Assembly (NCBI GenBank): GCA_049680625.1
Contig: JBAUID010000151.1
Location: 4,738-68,737 of the forward strand
DNA from: Burkholderiaceae bacterium
GTDB taxonomy: Bacteria; Pseudomonadota; Gammaproteobacteria; Burkholderiales; Burkholderiaceae_E
Direction of reading: 5' to 3'
DNA length: 64,000 nucleotides
Both the position numbers and the translations under genes were made by a program. Below, in pieces: positions 38,793 through 47,784 of this stretch (position 1 is its first letter; every line of letters begins with the position of its first letter). Below the pieces are notes generated by a model, which saw nothing but the letters and a program-made list of their open reading frames with translations, did not search any database and was not told where the DNA came from.

Positions 38793-39692
38793 ATGAGCAA
38801 GACTACGCTACCCGCCCCCCCAGTTCCAAAGAATGATGCCGAAGGCGTGGAACGCCGCAACCGCTATCGCGATGCGCCGCGCAATGCAGATTACACAATA
38901 GACCAGAACTGGGCCTCGTATTCCGACAGGGAACATGATCGCTGGGACCGGTTGTTTCAAAGGCAACACAAGATCCTTGCCACCCGGGCCTGCGAAGAAT
39001 TCACCAATGCGCTGACCTTGTTGCGCTTATCTGAGGCGGGCATTCCAGACATGGGTCAACTCAGTGACCGCCTGGAGGCAATTACTGGTTGGCGGGTTGT
39101 ACCAGTTGCCGATCTGGTGCCCGACGATATTTTTTTCAATCATCTTGCGCAGCGACGATTTCCTGCCGGCGCTTTCATTCGTCCGGAAAGTGAGTTGGAC
39201 TATTTACAAGAGCCCGATGTTTTCCACGATATCTTCGGTCATGTCCCGCTGTTGGCAAACCCGGTATTTGCAGACTTTATGCAGGCGTATGGAAAAGGCG
39301 GGCAGCGTGCAATCGAACGCGACATGCTGAAGAACCTGGCGCGTTTGTATTGGTATACCGTGGAGTTTGGCCTGATCCGCAGCAGTACCGGCTTGAAATT
39401 GTTTGGCGCCGGCATTCTGTCGTCAGCCGCCGAGAGCCTATTTGCACTGGAAGACCCATCCCCCCACCGTATTAACTTCGATCTGAAGCGGGTAATGCGA
39501 ACCAACTACATCATCGACAATTTTCAACAGTCCTACTTTGTTATTGATAGTTTTCAACAACTGCTTGATGACTGTTATCAGGATTTCGAAGCTGTCTACG
39601 ATTATCTTGAAACAACAGCGGCCATCGAGCCGGATCAGACCGCCCCGGGCGACGCCATCGTTAATCTCGGATCGCTCGCGCACTTCAAGTAG
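38793..39692 (+). CDS. phhA: Phenylalanine-4-hydroxylase (biopterin-dependent aromatic amino acid hydroxylase)
   Basis: Iron-ligand block EPDVFHDIFGHVPLL, YWYTVEFGL, about 300 aa bacterial form. Confidence 0.85.
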   Translation: MSKTTLPAPPVPKNDAEGVERRNRYRDAPRNADYTIDQNWASYSDREHDRWDRLFQRQHKILATRACEEFTNALTLLRLSEAGIPDMGQLSDRLEAITGWRVVPVADLVPDDIFFNHLAQRRFPAGAFIRPESELDYLQEPDVFHDIFGHVPLLANPVFADFMQAYGKGGQRAIERDMLKNLARLYWYTVEFGLIRSSTGLKLFGAGILSSAAESLFALEDPSPHRINFDLKRVMRTNYIIDNFQQSYFVIDSFQQLLDDCYQDFEAVYDYLETTAAIEPDQTAPGDAIVNLGSLAHFK

Positions 39693-39884
39693 TCGTGCGA
39701 CCCGCAAGAACACTATCGCCGCTGATTTGTCGGAATTCATGCCAACCCGGGACGCTGGCGTCATTGGGTGCGTTATCTAAATAGGATTTTGCGGGCGGGC
39801 ATGCCCTTCCCGTCTTATTATTCGCTACCGACCCCGGGCGTAAGGCCCGGAATTACAGCATTCAGATTCAATCAGGAGAGACAT

Positions 39885-40841
39885 ATGAAATTCACTTATC
39901 GTGTTCTGGCTGTTGCCATGGCCTCAGTTGTGACCGCCGGCATTGCTCAGGCAGAAACCCGTATTACTTACAAATCGGCAAAAAGCACCAGTTCTTATTA
40001 TCAGATGGCGGTGCAAATTTCTGAAGCCATGAAGGCCGCATCCAACGGCGATATCGTGTTAACAATAGAAGAGAGTCAGGGTTCGGTACAAAACGTAATG
40101 GAAGTGGCAGCACGGTCTGGCAATTACGTATTCACAACCCCGCCTGCCCTGATTGGACTTGCCCAGGACGGCAAAGCAATGTTCAAGGACAAGAGCAATC
40201 CGAAGTACGCAAATATCCGCGCCTTGTTCCCGATCCCTTCATTGACGATGCATTTTGTTACCCGTGCAGATAAAGGCATCAATACCTTTGCAGACCTTGA
40301 TGGCAAAACCCTGTTAATCGGCAAAGGCAGTTTTGGTGCTAAAGAAGGGGCCAAGTATCTTGATCTGTTTGGGCTGCAAGGCAAGGTCAAGCTGGCTGAT
40401 GTTGAGCTAAGTAACGCCGTTCCCGCGCTCAAGAATGGCCAGATCGATGGTTTTGTGACCGCCGGCTCTTACCCGGCCCCCAACGTTGTTGAAGCGGCGG
40501 CTGGCACCGGGGTAAAAGTTCTGTCACTTAATGAAGAACAGATTGCAAAAACCAAGCGCACCAAGCTGGTTATCCCAGCCGGCACGTACGCGGGACAAAC
40601 AGAAGCCATCAACACCACGTCGTTACCGGTGGTTGCGTACACCACAACCGACATGGACGATGCAACAGCGTATGCGCTGACAAAAGCCTTCTGGGAAAAC
40701 CGCGAGAAGATGGCCAAGTCCGCGCCATGGTGGACCGGGGTTAACAAAGACATGCTGGCCAACATCAGCCGCAAGATTCATCCCGGCGCACTGAAGTACT
40801 ACCAGCAAGCGGGTTACCCGGTAACGGATGCCAACAAGTAG
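39885..40841 (+). CDS. TAXI-family TRAP transporter solute-binding protein
   Basis: ATG at 39885 after AGGAGAG. Signal peptide ...GIAQA. TAXI/TRAP-type immunogenic-protein-like sequence (YYQMAVQISEAMK..., LKNGQIDGFV, AYTTTDMDDATAYALTKAFWEN). Followed by the fused permease. Confidence 0.75.
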   Translation: MKFTYRVLAVAMASVVTAGIAQAETRITYKSAKSTSSYYQMAVQISEAMKAASNGDIVLTIEESQGSVQNVMEVAARSGNYVFTTPPALIGLAQDGKAMFKDKSNPKYANIRALFPIPSLTMHFVTRADKGINTFADLDGKTLLIGKGSFGAKEGAKYLDLFGLQGKVKLADVELSNAVPALKNGQIDGFVTAGSYPAPNVVEAAAGTGVKVLSLNEEQIAKTKRTKLVIPAGTYAGQTEAINTTSLPVVAYTTTDMDDATAYALTKAFWENREKMAKSAPWWTGVNKDMLANISRKIHPGALKYYQQAGYPVTDANK

Positions 40842-42621
40842 TCTGCCGCCAGCCCCGTCATGGGGCTCGAGCCGCGGATGGGTTTTGCTGGGCCTGGTCA
40901 GCATCACTTTCCACTTGTGGCTGGTGTTCAGCGGCCTGGTACCCAACCTGCTGAGTCGGCCTCTGCACATGGCGCTGGCGCTGCCCTGGATCTTCATTGC
41001 CATGGCAAAAACGCCATGGCAACGGCTCTCCGGGCTGGTGCTATGTTCGCTGGGCGTTTTTAGTTGCCTGTGGATCGCCTGGCACGAATCTGCCCTGTCT
41101 GACCAATACGGATCACTTACCAGCCACTGGCAAACCGCAATTGCGACCTGCCTGTTGGTTGTTACCCTCGAGATGGCCCGCCGGGCGATCAGCTGGCCGT
41201 TGCCACTCGTTGCCCTGTCAGCATTGCTATATGGTTTGTTCGGGCAATACATTCCGGGCGAATTTGGTCATGCCGGCACGCCGGTTAGTAGCTTCCTTGG
41301 TACGTTGACCATTGCCGAAGGAGGCCTTTGGGGCACGCTGACCGGGGTATCAGTAAGTATCGTTGCCATCTTCGTTATTTTTGGCGCGGTCTTAAACGCT
41401 GGTGAAGCCGGTCAAGGCTTTATGAACCTGGCCTCGGCGGCAGCCGGGCGACTGCGCGGTGGGGCCGGTAAAGTTTCTGTTGTTTCGTCAGCGTTATTTG
41501 GTTCGATATCCGGCTCCGCTTCCGCCAACGTTGCATCAACCGGTGCGGTCACGCTGCCGGCAATGACCCGACTAGGCTATCCCCCACGCCTGGCAGGTGC
41601 AATTGAAGCAGTCGCCTCGTCCGGCGGCCAGATCATGCCGCCATTGATGGGAGCCGGTGCTTTTGTCATGGTCGAACTAACCGGTGTGCCCTATACCGGC
41701 ATTATGGCAGCAGCCATGTTGCCGGCCCTGCTGTATTTTGTTGCCGTCTGGGTTGGCATTGATGCCTATGCGATGCGCTACCCCCTGGCTGGCCTACCCG
41801 AAGAAGATCGTCCCGGGTTGTCTGCGGTACTGATTACATCGGGGTTTTTCCTGGTGCCTTTTTCGGTATTGCTGTGGGCAATGTTCGCCGCGGGTTACAC
41901 ACCTCAGTATGCGGCCTGTCTGGCCATTCTCGCGGCTGCTCTGCTTTTGTTAACCAATCGATCGCTCACGTTTAATCCACGCCAGACGCTGGCGCGCATT
42001 TGTCAGGCGGCAGTCAGCGCCGGCCAGCAAATTGCGGTTATTGCCGCCATCATTTTGTGCGCCTCAATCATCATTGGTGTACTGGGCATTACCGGACTGG
42101 GTGTGAAGATCACGTCACTGATTCTGTCGGGTGCAGGCGGACAATTGTGGCCGGCCGTCTTGCTCACTGCCCTTGCCTGCCTGATTCTTGGCATGGAAGT
42201 CCCGACCACCGCCGCATACGTCATTTGCGTATCGGTTGCCGGACCAGCCTTAATTGAACTGGGTTTACAACCCTTGCAAGCCCATTTGTTTGTTTTCTGG
42301 TTTGCATTGTTATCGACCATCACCCCACCCGTATGTGGCGCAGTTTTCATTGCCGCTGGCATGGTTGGTGAGAACTGGTTGAAAGTTGCAGTTAACGCAA
42401 TGGCCCTGGGCTTAGGTCTGTATCTGATTCCGCTTGGCATGATTGCAAGCCCTGAACTAATCGAACCCCTGACTCAGCCCCTGGCCGCCCTGGGCGCGGC
42501 TGCGCGCATCGGCTTATCGCTGGCCCTGGTATCGTTTGGGGTCATCGCTCCACTGAATGTGTTGCTGCGGCTTGGCATGGTCGCGGCAGGCCTCACTTTG
42601 CTGCTGTGGCCGGTCTTTTGA
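40828..42621 (+). CDS. TRAP transporter fused permease (TAXI-type, 4TM/12TM fusion)
   Basis: 597-aa polytopic membrane protein overlapping the end of the binding-protein gene. DctM-like segments (SSALFGSISGSASANVASTG). Confidence 0.75.
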   Translation: MPTSSLPPAPSWGSSRGWVLLGLVSITFHLWLVFSGLVPNLLSRPLHMALALPWIFIAMAKTPWQRLSGLVLCSLGVFSCLWIAWHESALSDQYGSLTSHWQTAIATCLLVVTLEMARRAISWPLPLVALSALLYGLFGQYIPGEFGHAGTPVSSFLGTLTIAEGGLWGTLTGVSVSIVAIFVIFGAVLNAGEAGQGFMNLASAAAGRLRGGAGKVSVVSSALFGSISGSASANVASTGAVTLPAMTRLGYPPRLAGAIEAVASSGGQIMPPLMGAGAFVMVELTGVPYTGIMAAAMLPALLYFVAVWVGIDAYAMRYPLAGLPEEDRPGLSAVLITSGFFLVPFSVLLWAMFAAGYTPQYAACLAILAAALLLLTNRSLTFNPRQTLARICQAAVSAGQQIAVIAAIILCASIIIGVLGITGLGVKITSLILSGAGGQLWPAVLLTALACLILGMEVPTTAAYVICVSVAGPALIELGLQPLQAHLFVFWFALLSTITPPVCGAVFIAAGMVGENWLKVAVNAMALGLGLYLIPLGMIASPELIEPLTQPLAALGAAARIGLSLALVSFGVIAPLNVLLRLGMVAAGLTLLLWPVF

Positions 42622-42757
42622 TCTCGACTTAATACCAACTGCGGCAAGAATTACGGGGCCGCCAGGGGCAACCCCGGGTTAAAACAACACCACCGTTGTC
42701 ACTATCCGTCACGCGCCCTAAGATTCCAGTGAATCTAACTAGTCTAGGGGAAACTCC

Positions 42758-43078
42758 ATGCAGTGCCGGTCTGTCTACGTTGCTTTATCTGCAGTGATTA
42801 TCTTGTCGGCCTGCCAGTCGATTGATCTTTCGCAGAAATCTGGCCCGCCAACCTGTGTGGTGGCCGCGTCAGACTACAAACTACTGAGCTACTGGAACGA
42901 TCGCACGGCGGATAAGAAATACCCGCGCATTATTGCGTTGCTGGAAAAAAAGTACGCCTCGGCACCAAAAATTGACGGCCGCAGCGCCGTGGTTGCAGCG
43001 CAGAGCTACGTCCGTGCCAACAGTAAGACTGACCCCCTGGCTATTGAAGCGCAAGTCCAGAAGGCCTGTCAAAAGTAG
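42758..43078 (+). CDS. Small hypothetical lipoprotein (106 aa)
   Basis: Lipobox LSAC after a hydrophobic signal sequence. I recognise no family. Confidence 0.5.
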   Translation: MQCRSVYVALSAVIILSACQSIDLSQKSGPPTCVVAASDYKLLSYWNDRTADKKYPRIIALLEKKYASAPKIDGRSAVVAAQSYVRANSKTDPLAIEAQVQKACQK

Positions 43079-43117
43079 GCCGTACTAGCCTGCAACACCG
43101 ATCAGGAAACCTCTGGC

Positions 43118-43858
43118 CTAGCGTCCACCGGCGCTGCGTCGAACCTGGGCGTCAGACGCCTCGCGAGTCGCGACGAGGCTGACAATTTCAGCCGATCTGG
43201 TTTCCGATTCTGTTTCCAGGCGTCGTTGTTCGCGCAGCCGGCGAAAGCGTGAACGACGCTGGCGCCGAATCCACCAGGTGCGTACCCGCCAGGTCCACAA
43301 CACCAGCACGTATGCCGACATGCCGGCCACCGTGGCCAGGGTCAGCAATCCAACCGCCAACGGCGCGCCTGCCGAAAAAACACTGTCCCACCAACCCGCC
43401 AGCCAGGCGAACAAACCTGGGTCGGGAATGTTCAGCTTGGTGAGATCACTCAGTTCGGTTGATGCCGGTGGTTTGAGTGGTGGCGCGGCCAACCCGTGAT
43501 CGCCAAGGATCAAACTACCCAGCCGGTAGGCAAAAATATAAATCGGGGCAAAAGTGACTGGGTTGGTAATCAAGGTCGAGCACACGGCAACAGGCACGTT
43601 TGCGCGCAACAATACGGCGGCTATTCCAGCCAACGGGATTTGCGCTACCGGAATTAGCAGGCCAAAGAACAAACCTACCGCCAACGCCATGGCAATACCG
43701 CGGCGATTGATATGCCACAACCGCGGATGTGAAAGGCGCGGCCCGAGCCAGGCGAGCCACGGATGGCGCACTACGTCTTTGGGGTCTGGAACCCAGCGTC
43801 GCCAACCCTTTTCAGGTGGTCGGACAATTGTTGGGTCTGTTGGCTTAGTTTTGGGCAC
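43118..43858 (-). CDS. DUF2062-family membrane protein
   Basis: RLWHINRRGIAMALAVGLFFGLLIPVAQIPLAGIAAVLLRANVPVAV...TNPVTFAPIYIFAYRLG matches the DUF2062 pattern as I remember it. Confidence 0.65.
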   Translation of the reverse strand: MPKTKPTDPTIVRPPEKGWRRWVPDPKDVVRHPWLAWLGPRLSHPRLWHINRRGIAMALAVGLFFGLLIPVAQIPLAGIAAVLLRANVPVAVCSTLITNPVTFAPIYIFAYRLGSLILGDHGLAAPPLKPPASTELSDLTKLNIPDPGLFAWLAGWWDSVFSAGAPLAVGLLTLATVAGMSAYVLVLWTWRVRTWWIRRQRRSRFRRLREQRRLETESETRSAEIVSLVATREASDAQVRRSAGGR

Positions 43859-43872
43859 TACCGGCTTCTGAC

Positions 43873-45312
43873 TCAGGTTACTTGCGCAACAACACTCGCC
43901 ACAGCCTGGGTCAGGCGTTTGGCGAAAGGAATATGCAAAAACTCGTTCGGCCCATGGGCATTGGAGCGCGGGCCCAGAACACCGGTGATCAGGAACTGAG
44001 CGTCCGGGAACTTCTCACCCAGCATATTCATAAACGGAATAGTCCCGCCTTCCCCGATCCAGCCAGCAGGACAACCAAATGTCGCCTGCGACGCCTGATT
44101 CAGCGCCTTTTCAAGCCACGGTGCTGTTGGCGGCGCGTTCCAGCCACTGGCTGGAAAGTCAGGCTCAAAACTTACCCTGGCATTGTTGGGAGGATCTCTC
44201 TCAAGAATTTCTTTCAGTGCGGCACTTGCCGAAGCACCGTCAACAGTCGGGGCAATTCGCATACTCAGCTTGAGCCGGGTGCGCGGTCGCAATACGTTGC
44301 CAGCCGCATCAATCGCCGGCAGGCCCGCAGCACCGGTTACCGATAATGCCGGGCGCCAGGTTCGGTTCAGGATCGCCTCAACTGGATCGGTCGTGGTTGG
44401 CATCGCGGACATCCCCGGTTCCGGGCCGTGCGAACAACCGACCCATGGAAATGCTTCCCAGACGGCGTCACCAAGGATCAAACCAGTGGCTTTTGCCTGG
44501 GCAAGTCGATCGGCGGGGATCGGCGCGTGTAATTGTTCGATCAGTACCCGGCCCGTATCGACATCGTCGATCCGGTTTAACAGTTTGCGGGCAAGCCGAA
44601 ACGACGACGGCACAATGCCACTGGCCATGCCGGAGTGAACCCCTTCGTCGAGAATCTGCACCGTCAGGGTGCCACCGATGAGACCGCGTAACGACGTTGT
44701 CACCCAGAACTGATCGTAGTTGCCACAGCCCGAATCCAGGCCCGCTACCAAACGAACATTACCAAGGCGGGCTGATAAGGCGTCGAGATAAGACGGCAGA
44801 TCGGGGCTGCCACTTTCTTCGCTGGTTTCAATCAAGCCGACACAACGGGGGCGGGGTATGCCTTGTTTATCCAGGGCAGCGATAACCGTTAACGCAGCAT
44901 AAATTGCATACCCGTCATCAGCGCCACCCCGGCCATAAAGCTTGTTGTCTTCAATGACAGGCTTCCAGGGGCCGAGGTCATCACGCCAGCCTTCCATTTC
45001 GGGCTGCTTGTCCAGGTGCCCGTAAAACAACACCGAATTGTCGTTGCCAAGACCACCGGTTGCCGGAACGTCGAAGAACAAACAAGGGGTCATGCCGTCG
45101 ATTGCGATAATTTCGAGGTGCAATCCCTGGATTTGCCGCTCGGCCGCCCAGTCGTGGGCAGAGCGAACAACCTGGTCCAGATAGCCGTGCGCGGCCCAGC
45201 TCGGATCAAATGCCGGCGATTTGGCGGGCACCCGAATGTACTCAACCAACCTTGGAATGACTTCATCATCCCACTGCTGGTCAACAAATTGCTCTAGCTC
45301 CGAAAAGTCCAT
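43873..45312 (-). CDS. M20-family metallopeptidase (dipeptidase / deacylase-like)
   Basis: YGHLDKQP, GRGGADDGY, ETSEESGS metal-binding blocks, 479 aa. Confidence 0.8.
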   Translation of the reverse strand: MDFSELEQFVDQQWDDEVIPRLVEYIRVPAKSPAFDPSWAAHGYLDQVVRSAHDWAAERQIQGLHLEIIAIDGMTPCLFFDVPATGGLGNDNSVLFYGHLDKQPEMEGWRDDLGPWKPVIEDNKLYGRGGADDGYAIYAALTVIAALDKQGIPRPRCVGLIETSEESGSPDLPSYLDALSARLGNVRLVAGLDSGCGNYDQFWVTTSLRGLIGGTLTVQILDEGVHSGMASGIVPSSFRLARKLLNRIDDVDTGRVLIEQLHAPIPADRLAQAKATGLILGDAVWEAFPWVGCSHGPEPGMSAMPTTTDPVEAILNRTWRPALSVTGAAGLPAIDAAGNVLRPRTRLKLSMRIAPTVDGASASAALKEILERDPPNNARVSFEPDFPASGWNAPPTAPWLEKALNQASQATFGCPAGWIGEGGTIPFMNMLGEKFPDAQFLITGVLGPRSNAHGPNEFLHIPFAKRLTQAVASVVAQVT

Positions 45313-45926
45313 TACTGCCTTTGGTCATCAACCGCTTACATTAATCGCCCGACAATTGGACATCACTGCAGCCGCTTTGTTGTAACAGATTGATTTTACA
45401 ATATTTTTTTCACCCAATACCCCACATTTCGAGGCTGGACCGTGAAAAACCCGACGTCCGGATCGAAACAGCGGCCGCCAAGTCCGGAGCCGGCTCTAGC
45501 CGCTGCCGACTGTAATAACAGGATTTCGCTGATTTCAAATTCAGCCGGCCTGTCATCGTTTCCCGCCCAAGGGGTTCGATGCCACGTTGTGATGACGGCC
45601 AGCAAGTTCGATTGTTTTTACCTAGTTTAGGGTCAAAAAAGCGGCTTGGCGATGATTCTTCCTTGCCCGTCAAACAGATTGTTTCCAGCCCCAAACCGCC
45701 TGTATCAGTAGAGAAATATCATGCCAGGCCACCTCCCCGAAAAGCCTTCACTTCACTGAACACGGTAGTGCGTGCCCGACAAGCAATGACGTCGGTTCGA
45801 CACCATAAAGCGGAACTCCCGAAAACGCCAACCCGGCCCCGCCCAGTATCGCAGACACCGAACCGCTCGCTATCTCACTGCCAACCGATGGAGACACTGA
45901 GGTTTCAACCGCCACACGAAAGTTGA

Positions 45927-46355
45927 GTGTCCAGACGGACAACAATTCAGGACGCGCGCGTGGAAGATGGTTTTGGGCGCGTAATTGCAATGGACGGCCA
46001 AAGCGCAATGGTTGGTGGTGATCCGGGTATATCGGTAGTTGACGATTACACACAGAAGAACGTCGGTGGTTGGTTCCTAACGCAAACCATTCCTGCTGAA
46101 TTCGTATCAACGCAGGAATCCGCGTCCTTTGGCTCGGCGGTTGCGCTGATAGGTAATGGCAGTTCACAAGCAAACTCACCCCCACCCGACCCCGGGGTTG
46201 GGGTCTACTTTGGCAGTGCTGTTGCGGTTGCCAACGGGCGGATTGCCGTTGGGGCTTATCGCGCCAACTCAATCGAGCAAGTGGATAGCGGTGCGGCATA
46301 CATCTTCGAAAACGGCGATGCAGACAAAGGCGCTGTTTACGTGTTTGGTCCCTGA
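45927..46355 (+). pseudogene. FG-GAP-repeat protein remnant (truncated or frameshifted)
   Basis: About three FG-GAP-like repeats (DGFGRVIAMDGQSAMVGG; SFGSAVALIG; YFGSAVAVANGRIAVGAY...GAAYIF; GAVYVF), with no signal peptide or usable N-terminus. Protein-like sequence continues upstream only in another frame (...PLAISLPTDGDTEVSTATRKLSVQTDNNS). An in-frame TGA sits at 45924. Confidence 0.4.
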
Positions 46356-46723
46356 GCAGCGAGATCGCGCGCCCACCGCACAATTGCCTGCCGGATTTCA
46401 ACCGACTCGGTTAAGGTGCTCGCACAGTCCAGAGTCAGGTCAGGCCAACGCTGGCGTGCGCTGGCTATCAATTCGGGCAGATCGCGCCGGGTATGGCCAC
46501 CAGCTGCCAAAAACAACGGCATTACCTGGATTTTTATTATGCCGTTAGCGGCCATCTCGTCGATGACTGCGGGCAGGCGCGGTTCCATGAGTTCAAGAAA
46601 AGCCAGGCGGGAATCAGCATCCGGCATTGCGAGTTTGAACTGCTGAAGAATGAGCTCAAACGGCTCGCGCCAGCGCGGCTCCCGCGCCCCGTGGCAAAAA
46701 AAGATAAAGCCGGTATCAGACAT
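46337..46723 (-). CDS. cbiX: Small CbiX/SirB-type sirohydrochlorin chelatase
   Basis: 128 aa: FIFFCHGAREPRWREPFE...MPLFLAAGGHTRRDLPELI. It sits in a sulfite reductase/siroheme neighbourhood. Confidence 0.7.
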   Translation of the reverse strand: MSDTGFIFFCHGAREPRWREPFELILQQFKLAMPDADSRLAFLELMEPRLPAVIDEMAANGIIKIQVMPLFLAAGGHTRRDLPELIASARQRWPDLTLDCASTLTESVEIRQAIVRWARDLAAQGPNT

Positions 46724-47618
46724 GGATTCCTACTCCAATCCCTGGAATCATTTCAATAAATTCGCGCACAAAGCCGCGTTGATTACTACCGATTCGTACT
46801 GCCACATAACTGGTCTTGGTGCCAAACAAATGTTCACAATCCTTGGCAACCAAAGGGGCATCTTGTTGTTTGTCGTAGGCCAGCGAAGCCACCAGGCCAA
46901 CGCCCAGGCCGGTTCGCACATAAGTTTTAATCACATCGGCATCCAATGCTGACATGGCAATTTCCGGTTGCAGATTAGCTTCGGCAAATACCCGGTCGAT
47001 TGATGTCCTACCGGCAAACGCCGCATCGTAAGTCAGCAATGGAAATTGCGCGATATCTTCCAGAGTGAGGCGGTCAACTTCTGCCAGCGGATGGTCCGGC
47101 GGGCACAGCAACACGTGGCCCCATTGCAAAAATGCCTGCGCCTTCAACCCCTCAACTTTTGCCAGGACTTCGGTTGCCATCGCAAGATCCGCCTCACTGT
47201 CCAGGGTCAGCCTGGAAGCCTGCACCGGGTCACTTTGTTTAAGAACAATGCTGACATTCGGGTACCGTGCGCGAAACGCCAACACAATCGGTGGCAGCGT
47301 GTAACGCGCCTGGGTATGGGTTGTCGCAATGGTCAGCACACCGCCCGAGCTTTCGTCGTGCTCACTGGCCACTCGCTGCAATTGTTCTATCCGGTCGAGC
47401 GCATCGCTGGCCAGCTTTAGCGCGGTCTGTCCGGCATCGGTCAGCCCTTCAAGGCGGCGTCCACGACGCTGGAATATCTCAATGCCCAGTTCATCTTCCA
47501 ACTCTTTTATGCGCCGAGACATACCCGGCTGAGATGTATGTAAACGTTCGGCAGCCCGGGTAAGGTTTAAGTCGCATCGGACAATTTCCCGCAGATAACG
47601 TAGTTGTTGAATATTCAT
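46716..47618 (-). CDS. LysR-family transcriptional regulator, CysB/Cbl-like
   Basis: N-terminal HTH MNIQQLRYLREIVRCDLNLTRAAERLHTSQPGMSRRIKELEDELGIEIF. Divergent from the sulfite reductase operon. Confidence 0.8.
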   Translation of the reverse strand: MNIQQLRYLREIVRCDLNLTRAAERLHTSQPGMSRRIKELEDELGIEIFQRRGRRLEGLTDAGQTALKLASDALDRIEQLQRVASEHDESSGGVLTIATTHTQARYTLPPIVLAFRARYPNVSIVLKQSDPVQASRLTLDSEADLAMATEVLAKVEGLKAQAFLQWGHVLLCPPDHPLAEVDRLTLEDIAQFPLLTYDAAFAGRTSIDRVFAEANLQPEIAMSALDADVIKTYVRTGLGVGLVASLAYDKQQDAPLVAKDCEHLFGTKTSYVAVRIGSNQRGFVREFIEMIPGIGVGIHV

Positions 47619-47784
47619 TCAGGTGATTATTTGGGGCCAGTGATGGCGATTGAACAAAGTGACACTGTAATCCACCAATCATGCGTCCAGGTAATGAGCT
47701 GAGTACTTCTGATTCGTTCCCAAATCCCAGCCAGCCAATTAGTCTGGCGGCCGTTTCACTTATTTGATAGGCGCTCCGTCCGCT

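Noticed and set aside
40623-41252. 209-aa minus-strand ORF over the TAXI/TRAP permease junction, and a similar 210-aa ORF at 58367-58999 antisense to dctM
   Set aside because: These are antisense shadows of GC-rich membrane-protein genes. They have R/H/C-rich composition and no motifs.
45579-45929. In-frame TGA at 45924 directly followed by GTG, considered as a selenocysteine or read-through site joining two ORFs
   Set aside because: The upstream ORF translation (P/R/S/K-rich) does not look like protein. I could not fold a SECIS-like hairpin immediately downstream of the TGA. Protein-like sequence upstream is in another frame. A frameshifted remnant explains it better.
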